Below are positions 32,855 through 43,600 of a stretch of DNA of 64,000 nt, piece after piece. The position numbers were made by a program, and so were the translations under genes. The stretch is from the human T2T-CHM13v2.0 reference genome, Homo sapiens, in NCBI RefSeq assembly GCF_009914755.1, contig NC_060925.1. One strand, 5' to 3'. Every line of letters begins with the position of its first letter. Position 1 is the first letter of the stretch. Below the pieces are notes generated by a model, which saw only the letters and a program-made list of their open reading frames with translations, was not told the origin of the DNA and made no database searches.

Positions 32855-33239
32855 CTTATCAAATTTTTCTTTTATACTTCATGGTTTTTGTGATGTCAAA
32901 AATCTTTTCCAAATCCAAGATTTTCTAAGATTTTCTCCAATGCTTTCTGAAGTATTATAGTCTATAACGTCTTGTAATAGCTTCACTAACAATCCCTTAT
33001 TCTTAAGTTTCTTACTTATGAATTTCTGATGACACTACACATATTATTTTTAGTCTTCTTTTCTACTCATGTACAAATAGACCTAAGAGGCTAATGGAAC
33101 AAAATATATGAAATCAAGATTGTGCTAGAAATTCAGGTTGTATGATCACCAAATTTATGCTTCTCTCCTATCTCATAATATAGTTTAGAGAAAAAACAAT
33201 AATAATAACAATTTTTTGAGTAAGTAACATGCTAAACAC

Positions 33240-33421
<182 letters not shown>

Positions 33422-33582
33422 TAAAGTACATTATTTTATACTAAAAATGACTTTATATGATTCGTTCTATTATCTGTCTCTCTCTCCTTTTAGCAGGTGA
33501 GAATGTTGTATCATAAAGAAATTAAACAACTTGTTCAGGTCATCTAGCCAGCTCCGTTTGATGTTAGAGTCCATTCTCTCTC

Positions 33583-33884
33583 TCTTTTTTTTTTTGAGAT
33601 GGAGTCTCGCTCTGTCGCCCAGGCTGGAGTGCAGTGGTGCAATCTCGGCCTACTGCAAGCTCTTCCTCCTGGGTTTACACCATTCTCCTGCCTCAGCCTC
33701 CTAAGTAGCTGGGATTACAGGCACACACCACCATGCCTGGCTAATTTTTCTATTTTTTTGTTTTTAGTAGAGATGGGGTTTCACTATGTTGGTCAGGCAG
33801 GTCTCGAACTCCTGACCTCGTGATCCGCCTGCTTCGGCCTCCCAAAGTGCTGGGATTACAGGCGTTAGCCACTACGCCCGGCCC
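33583..33884 (-). mobile_element. Alu (mixed S/Y diagnostics)
   Basis: TSD GAGTCCATTCTCT on both sides. Confidence 0.94.
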
Positions 33885-35038
33885 GAGTCCATTCTCTTAA
33901 TCACTAACAATAGTAGCTAATAAATATTGGCTGCTTACTGTGTAACTGGTACTATGTTACATTCTTTACAGGTATTAACTAATTTAATCTTCAGAACAAA
34001 GCTACAGGTAGGTATTATTATTATGCCTCTTTACAGATGAAGAAACTAAAATACAGGGACCCAGTACTCACAACTATTAAGAGCAGAGCAGGATTTGAAT
34101 CCATGCAGTCTGGCTCCTGAACTCTTCCTGGTAAGCATCACACTACACCGTTTCTCCAAGAATAATTAATGGTTGTATTTGTTGGGTAAATCAAGCGGAT
34201 GGCCCAAATGAGTCTCTCCCACCAGCAAGTTTTTGAAATGAAAGATAGTTTTCTATTTAATGCTCCCCTTGGCACCTGACCCCAATGATTTACTATTGCC
34301 CTGCTCTTGTTCCATTTTCCCACTATGCCTTACAGTGATAATAAACAGAACCGTGTGTGCCAGTGCAAGAGGCCAGGGGAGATGAGTGCCTCTGTAAGTA
34401 GCAGGAGCCTCAGCCAGTACCTCAGGTTGTGCCAGGCCCCTGGGAAGTGAGTAGCTTCACCTGGGTTCTCTTATCCATTTGTGTCAACTTCTGGCTTCCT
34501 AAAAGAGAGGGCATGGCCAAAAGAGGCTTGTGAGAGGAACATTTAGATTGCTTGGAGCTTTTATCATAGCCCACCAGGGGTTTGAGACAGTGGTGTATAG
34601 TGTAGAGAGATATTTGACTTGGGATGGAGTCCTGCCTTTTTGCTTTAATTTTTTGACTCTGGGCAAGTTTTAAAAACTCACTTCACTTAGCCCATTTGTT
34701 AAAAATGGGCTAAGACCAACCTTATTTTGATGATATAAGTAGGTTCATGCAGTAAATAATAATAACGATAATATCTGCCATTTATTAGGTGTCTCTCTGT
34801 GCCAGATACTCATAAAAGCACTTTCTAAGAGTTAACTCAATTAACACTAACCACAGCATGAAATAGGTGCTATTATTATCATCATCATTTTACAGGTGAG
34901 AAACAAAAGTACAGGCAACTAAGATATTTGTCCATAGTCACTCAGCAGAAACCAGAGAAGCTGAAGCTTGAGACCAAGCAGCCCAGCTCCCCAGCCTGTG
35001 CTCTTAAACATTGGCATTTACTGAACTTGCATAAATAA

Positions 35039-35476
<438 letters not shown>

Positions 35477-37034
35477 TAGCTAAACTGAAGGAATCTGGGA
35501 TGATTTGATGATGGTCCTTACCCAGGTCTGGACTGGTAGGTCTAGGTCCTAGTTTTCGCTCTGGCCAGCTTTGGGCAAGGCGGTTTCACTCTCCTAAGTC
35601 CCACATGTCTCCTGTATAAAATGTTGAGGGGGGTGTACTAGTTAATTTCCAAAGCCCTTTCCAGGTCTCACATTCCTTATGTCTATGATTCTGTGATTAA
35701 GTTCCTGGAAGGTTAAGTACTGATAAAAGTGCCATTAAGTTCTGTATACTCAGCACTAGCAGCTGTCTGTTACCTAAGATACCTGGGCCTAGGAGTTATA
35801 GGGTGGGGGCTGGGGGCAGGGTGGGTGGATGAGAAAGGCTCCTTGTCTGACAACTGTGTGTATTGACTGTAGACAACAGAGGACTGCCCAGCACTGTGCA
35901 GTGTAACTGAGTATCCTCTGATTTCTGGGCTGTGATATACTAAGACTGACCATCAAAGACTGTTTCCCAACAAGAGAACCTTGTGCAGTAAGTTCCTCAG
36001 GCAAGAAGCGAGATAATTGGGACAGGATTGAATAGATCTCAGGCAGAGAAACTTGGGGGACAGATCAATGTAGGTAATGAACTGGTTGACCCAAGGCCTC
36101 TCTGTCTATCATTTTTTGACCTCAGGTCAGAGCGATAGAAAGGGGGAAAACTACCGACACAGCTCCTGCCATGAAGTCCTGGAGAAGAATAAGTGACTGT
36201 TTGTCCCGCATGGGTTAGTCATTCACCTGCCTGAAGGCAAAGGGCTGGGAGTCTGGAGTCCATGACCTGCTGGGACATACTTTGGGCTGCATTTTTTCCC
36301 CCTTCTAATGTCTCAGCTCTCAGGGATCTGCTTTTCCTGGTGCCAAGGAGTATGGATGAAATTTTGTCCCTCCTCCATGCACCCCTATAAAACAAATATG
36401 ATGAGAAATTAATATTTTCCAAATGGTGACCTAACCTTTGTTCATTAATTGAGCTCCTATTGCATTCCAGGTACTGTTAGAGGCCAGCAAGATACCTAGA
36501 TGATTGAGACAGAGTCCTCGCCCTCCATGAAGTGACTGTTCATTTTAAAACCCTAAAGCTGGGTTCTTAGAGGCTACTGCAACAGCAACAACTCCCGAGT
36601 GAGTGCTTATCATGTGCCAGGCTCTGGTTACAGGCTTTAACTCTCTCAGTGGAAACAGCCTGAGTGCTGGCTTGGCTACCCCATGTCTGTGAGACTGTGG
36701 GCAAGTCATTTACTTTCCCTTTGAGTTTCAATTTCTAAAACTGTAATATGGGGATAATATATGTAAAACAGCTAAGAAGTATATACTTTTAATGACTCTT
36801 TTTAGTGTCAATGGAGGATTTGTGAGCAAATGCATATAAAACACAAGGCAAACAGGAGGTATTTAGTAAGTGGCCACGTGATTATTGAGAGACTATGGGC
36901 TTCTTCCTGTTCCTCCAGAGCAAGACTGACAGGTGTCCTATTACCCTTGCATCTTCAGAGCCTAGAGCACAGCCCTGAAAACAGCAGGCGCTCACCACTT
37001 TTTATGATCAAAGGCAGTCTCTACAGGGAAAGTC

Positions 37035-37385
37035 AAATCATTATGGGTATTTATGAATTACAAAATCCATAAAGTTAAACCAGGAGAAATGGACAAAAAC
37101 ACACTCATTGTAGAGGTCTTTAATGATCCCTTGGCTCATGGCAGAGCAGCTAGACAAAAAACAAACAAACAAACAAACATGCAAAGATTCAGAAGGCCTG
37201 AAAAAATAATGAATACAAAGAAGATAAATCGATACAGTATTCTATCTTCACATTCGGAAGACAAAAACACCTTTCAAAAAACCATGGGACATTGGCAAAA
37301 ATAACCACAGATAATCCTCAATAAATCTTGCCAGGAGGCAGTACAGATGACATTGAATTCAGTGAGACTACAAATTAAAGACAAA
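37035..37385 (+). mobile_element. Ancient L1 ORF2 endonuclease-domain fragment just upstream of the ROR1 promoter
   Basis: MDKNTLIVEVFNDPLAHGRAARQKTNK resembles L1 EN ..TIIVGDFNTPLS..DRS.RQKINK. Confidence 0.65.
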
Positions 37386-37840
37386 AAGGCGAAGTATAAA
37401 TTACTTGTGTAAGAACTCTCTCAACTCTTGGGTCCAAGAAGAAAGCAAAAGGGAAATTGTATGATAGCAATAAATGTGCCATTACCCAGAGTCACACAGC
37501 TAACAGTGACACAGCTGAGGCTGCTAGAACCTGGGTCTACTGTCGTCCAGCCACGAACTGGCTTGAGATCCCGGATAAGTCTCTCTGAGCCTCGGTTTCC
37601 CCTTCTGTCAAGTAGCCTCGAAGGTCCCCGGCGCTCGGTTCGGTGGCGAGTTTGAGGAGTGTGGGGGAGGGGAGGGGAGGGAGCGTGCCCGAGACGCGGG
37701 AGCCGCGACCGCTTTCTGCGAAGTCGGGGAGGGTGCGGGCGTTGAGAGGCTGCAGCAGAGGGCGCTGGGTCGCCAGCCTGGGCCGCGTCTCCCATTGGTC
37801 GGGGCTGGGGCGCTGGGCTGGAGAGTTGGTGGAAAGTGAC

Positions 37841-38241
37841 AAGTTGAGCGAGAGAGGGAGCGTGGAGAGCTGGAGCAGCCGCCACCGCCGCCGCCGAGGG
37901 AGCCCCGGGACGGCAGCCCCTGGGCGCAGGGTGCGCTGTTCTCGGAGTCCGACCCAGGGCGACTCACGCCCACTGGTGCGACCCGGACAGCCTGGGACTG
38001 ACCCGCCGGCCCAGGCGAGGCTGCAGCCAGAGGGCTGGGAAGGGATCGCGCTCGCGGCATCCAGAGGCGGCCAGGCGGAGGCGAGGGAGCAGGTTAGAGG
38101 GACAAAGAGCTTTGCAGACGTCCCCGGCGTCCTGCGAGCGCCAGCGGCCGGGACGAGGCGGCCGGGAGCCCGGGAAGAGCCCGTGGATGTTCTGCGCGCG
38201 GCCTGGGAGCCGCCGCCGCCGCCGCCTCAGCGAGAGGAGGA
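37841..38241 (+). other. ROR1: ROR1 5'UTR (exon 1 non-coding part; TSS approximate)
   Basis: GC-rich leader upstream of ATG 38242. The ~400-nt length is recalled from the reference transcript and is not derivable from the sequence. Confidence 0.65.
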
Positions 38242-38332
38242 ATGCACCGGCCGCGCCGCCGCGGGACGCGCCCGCCGCTCCTGGCGCTGCTGGCCGCGCT
38301 GCTGCTGGCCGCACGCGGGGCTGCTGCCCAAG
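38242..38332 (+). CDS. ROR1: ROR1 (receptor tyrosine kinase-like orphan receptor 1) coding exon 1: signal peptide
   Basis: MHRPRRRGTRPPLLALLAALLLAARGAAAQ is the ROR1 N-terminus (basic n-region, Leu-rich h-region, AAA|Q cleavage). 91 nt, phase-1 donor CAAG|GTAAGA. Confidence 0.97.
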
Positions 38333-38476
38333 GTAAGAGGCGCCCGCCGGCCCCCGCCCGCCCAGACCCCCTGACCCGTGGCCACCCTTCCGCCGTCCAG
38401 CCGGGCGCGGGACACGCAGGAAGCGCCGCGCTGGCTCCGGGGCGCGTCCGGCCACCCGCCACGGGGCTCGCCGGCG

Positions 38477-38536
38477 CCGCCAGGCCAGGGTTTGCCCCGG
38501 AGCCCCGCCAGGCCAGGGTTTGCCCCGGAGCCCCGC
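38477..38536. repeat. Perfect 28-bp tandem duplication (2.1 copies)
   Basis: CCGCCAGGCCAGGGTTTGCCCCGGAGCC x2 plus CCGC. Confidence 0.95.
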
Positions 38537-38990
38537 GGCGGGCCGGGGCGCGCCCAGGGACTCGTTCCTCGGTGCGCAGCAGCGATTGTCAGCGCTGACA
38601 GGAAGCGTGGAGGGGTTTGAGGGTCCTGGGGGTGATCGGGGCACTTCTGTGCAGGGCGTCCCCCCTTGTCTCCCTGGACCTCTAGCGCGCCCCAGCCGGT
38701 GTTCAGGCAAGTCTATCCTGCCCCCAAGTTGCGAGCCGGCCCGGAAGGCGCGGTCCAGGAGGGAGTTTGGATTTTCAGTGGTGCTCGCCAGAGCCCAGGC
38801 GGCTCGCGGATCGACGCAAACAAAAGCCCTGTCCTCCTGGGGCTCCGGCGGCCTCGCATCGCCACCGCCCCCGGCCCTCCGGCCCTCCCGAGAGTCATCA
38901 TAGAGGCCAAAACTTGTGCGCCGCTGCAGCCGCTGCCACTTTGTGCAAAATGTGCTGTCAGAGGCGGCCTGCGGCTCCAAAGTGCTTTGG

Positions 38991-39028
38991 GTGTGCACGC
39001 GCGCGCGCGCGCGTGTGTGTGTGCGTGT
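38991..39028. repeat. Alternating purine-pyrimidine tract including (CG)8 and (TG)n
   Basis: GTGTGCACGCGCGCGCGCGCGCGTGTGTGTGTGCGTGT. Confidence 0.92.
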
Positions 39029-40191
39029 TACAAACAAGAGGGGGAAAAGCCATCTAATGCATATTTGATTTTGGTAATCTCTAAAGACAATCGCAACAGT
39101 TAGAGAAAGACTTCACCGCAAGCCGGAGCGTCTTAGTTCGCTGCGGGAAGCTGGGGTCCTTGCTGCGTCTGAGCCGGTACACAATGAGAGGGAAGAGCCC
39201 GGCTGAGCCTGTGGAGACAACCGATTCATTCTTTGGAGGTTGGAGGGGGAAAGTTGATTAAAGTCTCCGGGGTCTCGGGCCTCACTTTTAACATGCATCC
39301 CTTGAGGGGGTGAGGAGCCTTTGGATTCTGCCCTCCCCCACTCCCAGCCCTAAACCTGAGCGGATAAATAGATCTCTGCTCTTTTATCATGCATCTTTCA
39401 TTTTTAAGTTAGCACTGTGTTTAGGAAAAGAAAAAGTTCTGCGCTACTTAGCAGTTGAGAGGAAAAAGATGTATTCACTACATAGACTACGAATGCAGAA
39501 TTAGTTTTTACTAAAAGTTAGCTGACTTTCTTGGTAGAAAACACACTCTGGAAGGAAGTTGTGTGAAATTTTGATTTCTTAGAGATGGTTTTTGGAAGCT
39601 AGAGTAGCATTTTCTGAGGATGATTTCTGAAACGGATCCTATAATGTGGTCGTGCTAATCTGAAAGCTCCTGGGGGTAAATAGAGCTCCTAATTGTAATT
39701 AAGATGTGCATCAGCAGGGAGTGCACCTTCCTGATGAAAAATCCTAATGAAATGTAAACAGCTTGGTCACATAGATGTTTTGCTTGGTGATGCCAAACAT
39801 CTGGCCTTGCGCCACAACACCTGGGTGAAAAGTAAAAATGGGCCATGCTGCCTAAGTAATGTAAACATCCTTCTCAAGTTGGGTTGCCCAGCAAATTGAG
39901 GTGGAGATAAGCAGGGTGATTTTAACTAAGGTGGGACTCCTGGCTTGGGGCTTTGGTTAATTCAGTTATTTCCCCTGTGGACTCCTTTACTTTGTACTTC
40001 ACCTTTCAACAATAGTTGCTTTTAGATCATAGCCCCTTGTGGGGGTGGGGGTCACTTACCTTTAAATACATGTCCCTGCATTGATTTTGCTCACTGTAAA
40101 CACCCTTCTTATCAGCAGCCACCCCAATTCTGTCTCCTTTAACTGTTTACAGCCTTTTAGAGTTGTTTAAAAAAGGTATTGCCTATTCCAT

Positions 40192-40602
40192 TGTAGCAGG
40201 AGGAGCCACAGACAAAACTCCTCAGACACCCAGTGAGCAATTCCTGTCCCTTTTAAGGGCTCACAACTCTAAGGGGGTCCACGTGAGAGGGTCATGATGG
40301 GTACATGACTGGGGGCTGCATGCACTGGTAATCAGAACGAAACAGAACAGGATAGGGATTTTTACACTGTCTTTCCATACAATGTCTGGAATCTATAGAT
40401 AACATAACCAGTTATGTCAGGGGTCGATCTTTAAGTACCAGGCTTAGGTCAGGCAGGCCCAGGCCTGGTTTCGGGTCTGGTTCCTTGGTTTCAGGTCTGG
40501 TTCCTAGGTGCCGGGCTACCTGCCTTTAATTTCGCTTCTCTTTCCTTTTCTGAGTATAAAACAATATAAAACAATATGAGAGGGTCTGTCTCTCTTCTCT
40601 CA
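40192..40602 (-). mobile_element. Solo LTR, LTR2 family (HERV-E/Harlequin, ERV1; LTR2B/2C-like)
   Basis: TG...CA termini with 4-bp TSD CCAT (40188-40191 and 40603-40606). The minus strand contains AAAGATCGACCCCTGAC...GTTATGTTATCTATAGATT...GCATGCAGCCCCCAGTCA, as in recalled LTR2. Confidence 0.85.
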
Positions 40603-43600
40603 CCATACTCTTTAGTAATGAGCTCAAATCTGTTATTATTGTCTTATTTGTTGTTTTATAAATCCCTTTCCATTTTGTGAATGTTTGATCTTTTCTCTGG
40701 GGTCAAGACTTCTGGTAGAACTCACGTTTACTTTCTCCTCTTGGACTCAAGATTCCTAAGGTAGCCCAGCCAGTGGCTCAGGAAATCAGCTTAAGCGGAG
40801 ATATGTTTCATGTATTTATTTAAAAAGATACAAAACATTTCTCCCATCATTTTTCTATTTTGTTAGCCAGGAGAAGAAAACCTTTAAATTTATTTTTTCT
40901 GGTCTGTCCATTGTTGATTTCTCATCTACCCCCTCCCTATGCAAAGCTCAACTTCTTTAGGAACCTGAAGCTTACCTTATAACTGCACCCAAGCCCAGGG
41001 CTTTAGGAACCTACCTGGCCTTTCTCAAAATCTTATAGATTCTGTGGTTTGGCTGCTGGGAGCCAGAGGGAGGTGGCTTGCTACTGTGTTTGCTATCATT
41101 TTGTAAACCTTCCGTTGCCATTTAAATAGGTATTTGTCTGTACTTTTAGAATAGAAGTGTCTTGAAGGCAATAAGACTGTGAGCTTTTCTGGTGAAAACA
41201 CTGAGAGCCCAAGTCCACTAGTCCCAACTTTATTAGAGATGCCTGAAAATCCTCCCTGGCTGGCTAGGGGGAGCCGAACCAAGGTGGGATGGGCAAAGGG
41301 TGTGGTCAAATTGTCTCCTTCAGTTTTGGAAATATTTAATTTCCAATATAGATTCAGTATACATGGTAGGCTGTTTTGCTTCTCTGATGCCTGGGATAAT
41401 CTGCCTGATATTTAGTGAGGGGTCAGCTTTGCCCTATAGCACCCTTTCTCTTCTGTATCTTGAGCATAGGCCCCCAGTTAGACTTTTGGAAAGTTTCTGA
41501 AAGTGTCACTTGCTCTGAAATTAGTATCAGGTTTGGCTGGTGGTTTGATGGTGAACATCTACCCCATTTCAAATATTTCTGAAAATTTTACACAGCATCC
41601 TATGGAGAATGGAACACTTTGTAAGCTATATGTACTTTGATGTAAATGTATATGTACAGATAGCATATGTATATACACACATATATAGTAAGTGGTCCAT
41701 AGATATTTGTTGAATGAATGGAGAATAACTTTTTCGGTTGTATGCAAAATTCTGATATATGCTTTGCTTAGTAAAAATGCAACATGGCATATTTTCAAGG
41801 ATTTTTCCTTTTCTTGTCCCATCTTCTAGTATGAAAGAAGTGTAGTGTAGCAGAACTTGACAGTAAAGCTAAATGGTTACAAGCACAGGCTTTGGCATTT
41901 AACAGACCTGGATTTGAATCTTTTCTCTGTTGTATAGTGGGTGTGTCAGTTTTCCTGAGCCTTTCAAGAGTGTTATGAGATTGAAGTGAGGTCATGCATG
42001 TAAAGTACTGGAGAACAGCACCCAGCCAAGAGGTGAGTGCGTGAAATTAATTTGGGGTACATGAAATTAAGGATATGTGAACTTCCAGAAATAATATACA
42101 CAATTTTATATGCATTTTTACGGTTCTGTATTTATAGCTATAGCTATAATCTTATTTTCCAAGAAAAGTGTCAACCTCTGAACGATAGGAACTGCTGACT
42201 TGGAGTGTTTGATGCCTGAGGCAATGGGTTGTCTTCCTGGGGAGGCTGAAAGGAGTTGAGTGTTGGTGGCTAGTTCTAGGCCTTATCCCAGGTTAACACA
42301 CTCCATGGAGGCCCCACTTCTCACCTCCCAGTTTCCCTTCCACCAGGCAGGCTGTTAATTGGGCCTGAGAGAAGCTGAAGAATGGTGCCAAGTCCTTGTG
42401 ACCTCAAGTAAGAAAATATGTCTCTGAATCCAAGCATTCTGAGATGCAATTTGTACAGTTTATTTAACAAACACTTATCTAATCCTTACAATGGGCCAAT
42501 CACTCTTCTAAGCCTTTTGCAAGTATTAACTCACTGAATCCTCACAACAACCCTATAAGGGAGATAGCATAATTAGCTCATTTTACTGATGGGTAAACTT
42601 AGGCACAGAGAGGTTAAGTTACTTTCTTTAGGTTACACTGCTAAAAAGTGGCATTACTGGGCTTACAAGCCCTAACAGTTCATGCTCTTACCTTAGTGGC
42701 TGTCCTAGACATTCTTTCCTTGTTTAATTCTTACAATTTATATTCTTTTAATGTATGGAACAAAGGTGGTATTTCCCAAGGTTTTCCAACAGCAGCAAAG
42801 GGAAGCTTGCTTAGCTGTAATCTAGAGGTTATAAGAAATTATTGGAGACAGCCAATTTCAATTTCCCTTCGAGTGCTGGAGTTCCCTAAGACGGTCTTGC
42901 TGAAACTCAGAGATAGACTGGAAGCACCTTGTTGGATGGCCTGGATCTCTGGTTCTGGAAGAATTACATTTTTGTAATGAGCTTCAACTTTGATGTGGTT
43001 TGAGAAGTGTGCTCGCCAGTTTTTTCCAACTATCAATAAGCTATATTTTGATGAAGTGACTTTGTATTTGCATCTTGGTGGACAACTGTGGTTGTAGGCT
43101 GAGAAGGCGGGGATTTATTAGAGTGCTGTCTAGTGGGACAGCTGGCTTGCCAGCTCAAGGTCCCAGTGAGGACCAGACCCTGGCAAATCCAGCTCCAGCT
43201 GAGAAACACTCACGTCTTCAAGGCCTCTTTCTCAAACAGAAGGGCCTTAGCCTGGCTTCACCCATTCCCTGGGGTGTGACGGGAGAGACTGTTCGGTAGA
43301 AACTGGAAGAGAAAGGAGAGTCTGAGAAAGTTCTCTGGAGTTGAAGGGGGAGGGGATGGGGGCAACTCTTCGAAAATCCTTAACTAAATGCAGCTGCTTG
43401 TTACACGGAGACTGACTTGCATGCCAGGAATATCTAAAAAGCTAACGAATACAAAATAAAAATAAACAGCAGTAAAAAGGCTCTCTCTTTGTTGCAGTAA
43501 GCTCAGTTGGGGTTTTCAGTTTGTTTAGGAATGGGATAATTGTGGCATCCACTTTATTTTGGTAAGGCAGTGAAACGTGGATTAATGTTATGTGATTGGG

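Larger units (their letters stand above)
31300..32955 (-). mobile_element. Old L1M 3' region hosting an L1PA 3' fragment and an Alu
   Basis: Antisense L1 3'UTR motifs (GATGAACATTTGGGTTGTTTCC, CCTAGGAGTGGAATGGCTGG). Confidence 0.8.
37600..39290. promoter_or_regulatory. ROR1: CpG island / TATA-less promoter of ROR1
   Basis: Abrupt GC- and CpG-rich block spanning the promoter, exon 1 and proximal intron 1. G-runs at 37663-37681 (GGGGGAGGGGAGGGGAGGG) and an inverted CCAAT (ATTGG) at 37794-37798. Confidence 0.93.

Noticed and set aside
38333-38598. Extension of the ROR1 ORF to 118 aa in the ORF track
   Set aside because: Read-through past the canonical splice donor into intron 1; not ROR1 protein.
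37964-39037. 357-aa antisense ORF and other long ORFs over the CpG island (37643-38374, 37608-38060, 38666-39103)
   Set aside because: Near-cognate starts and low-complexity Arg/Gly/Pro/Ala content with no recognisable domain; expected from stop-codon scarcity in GC-rich DNA.
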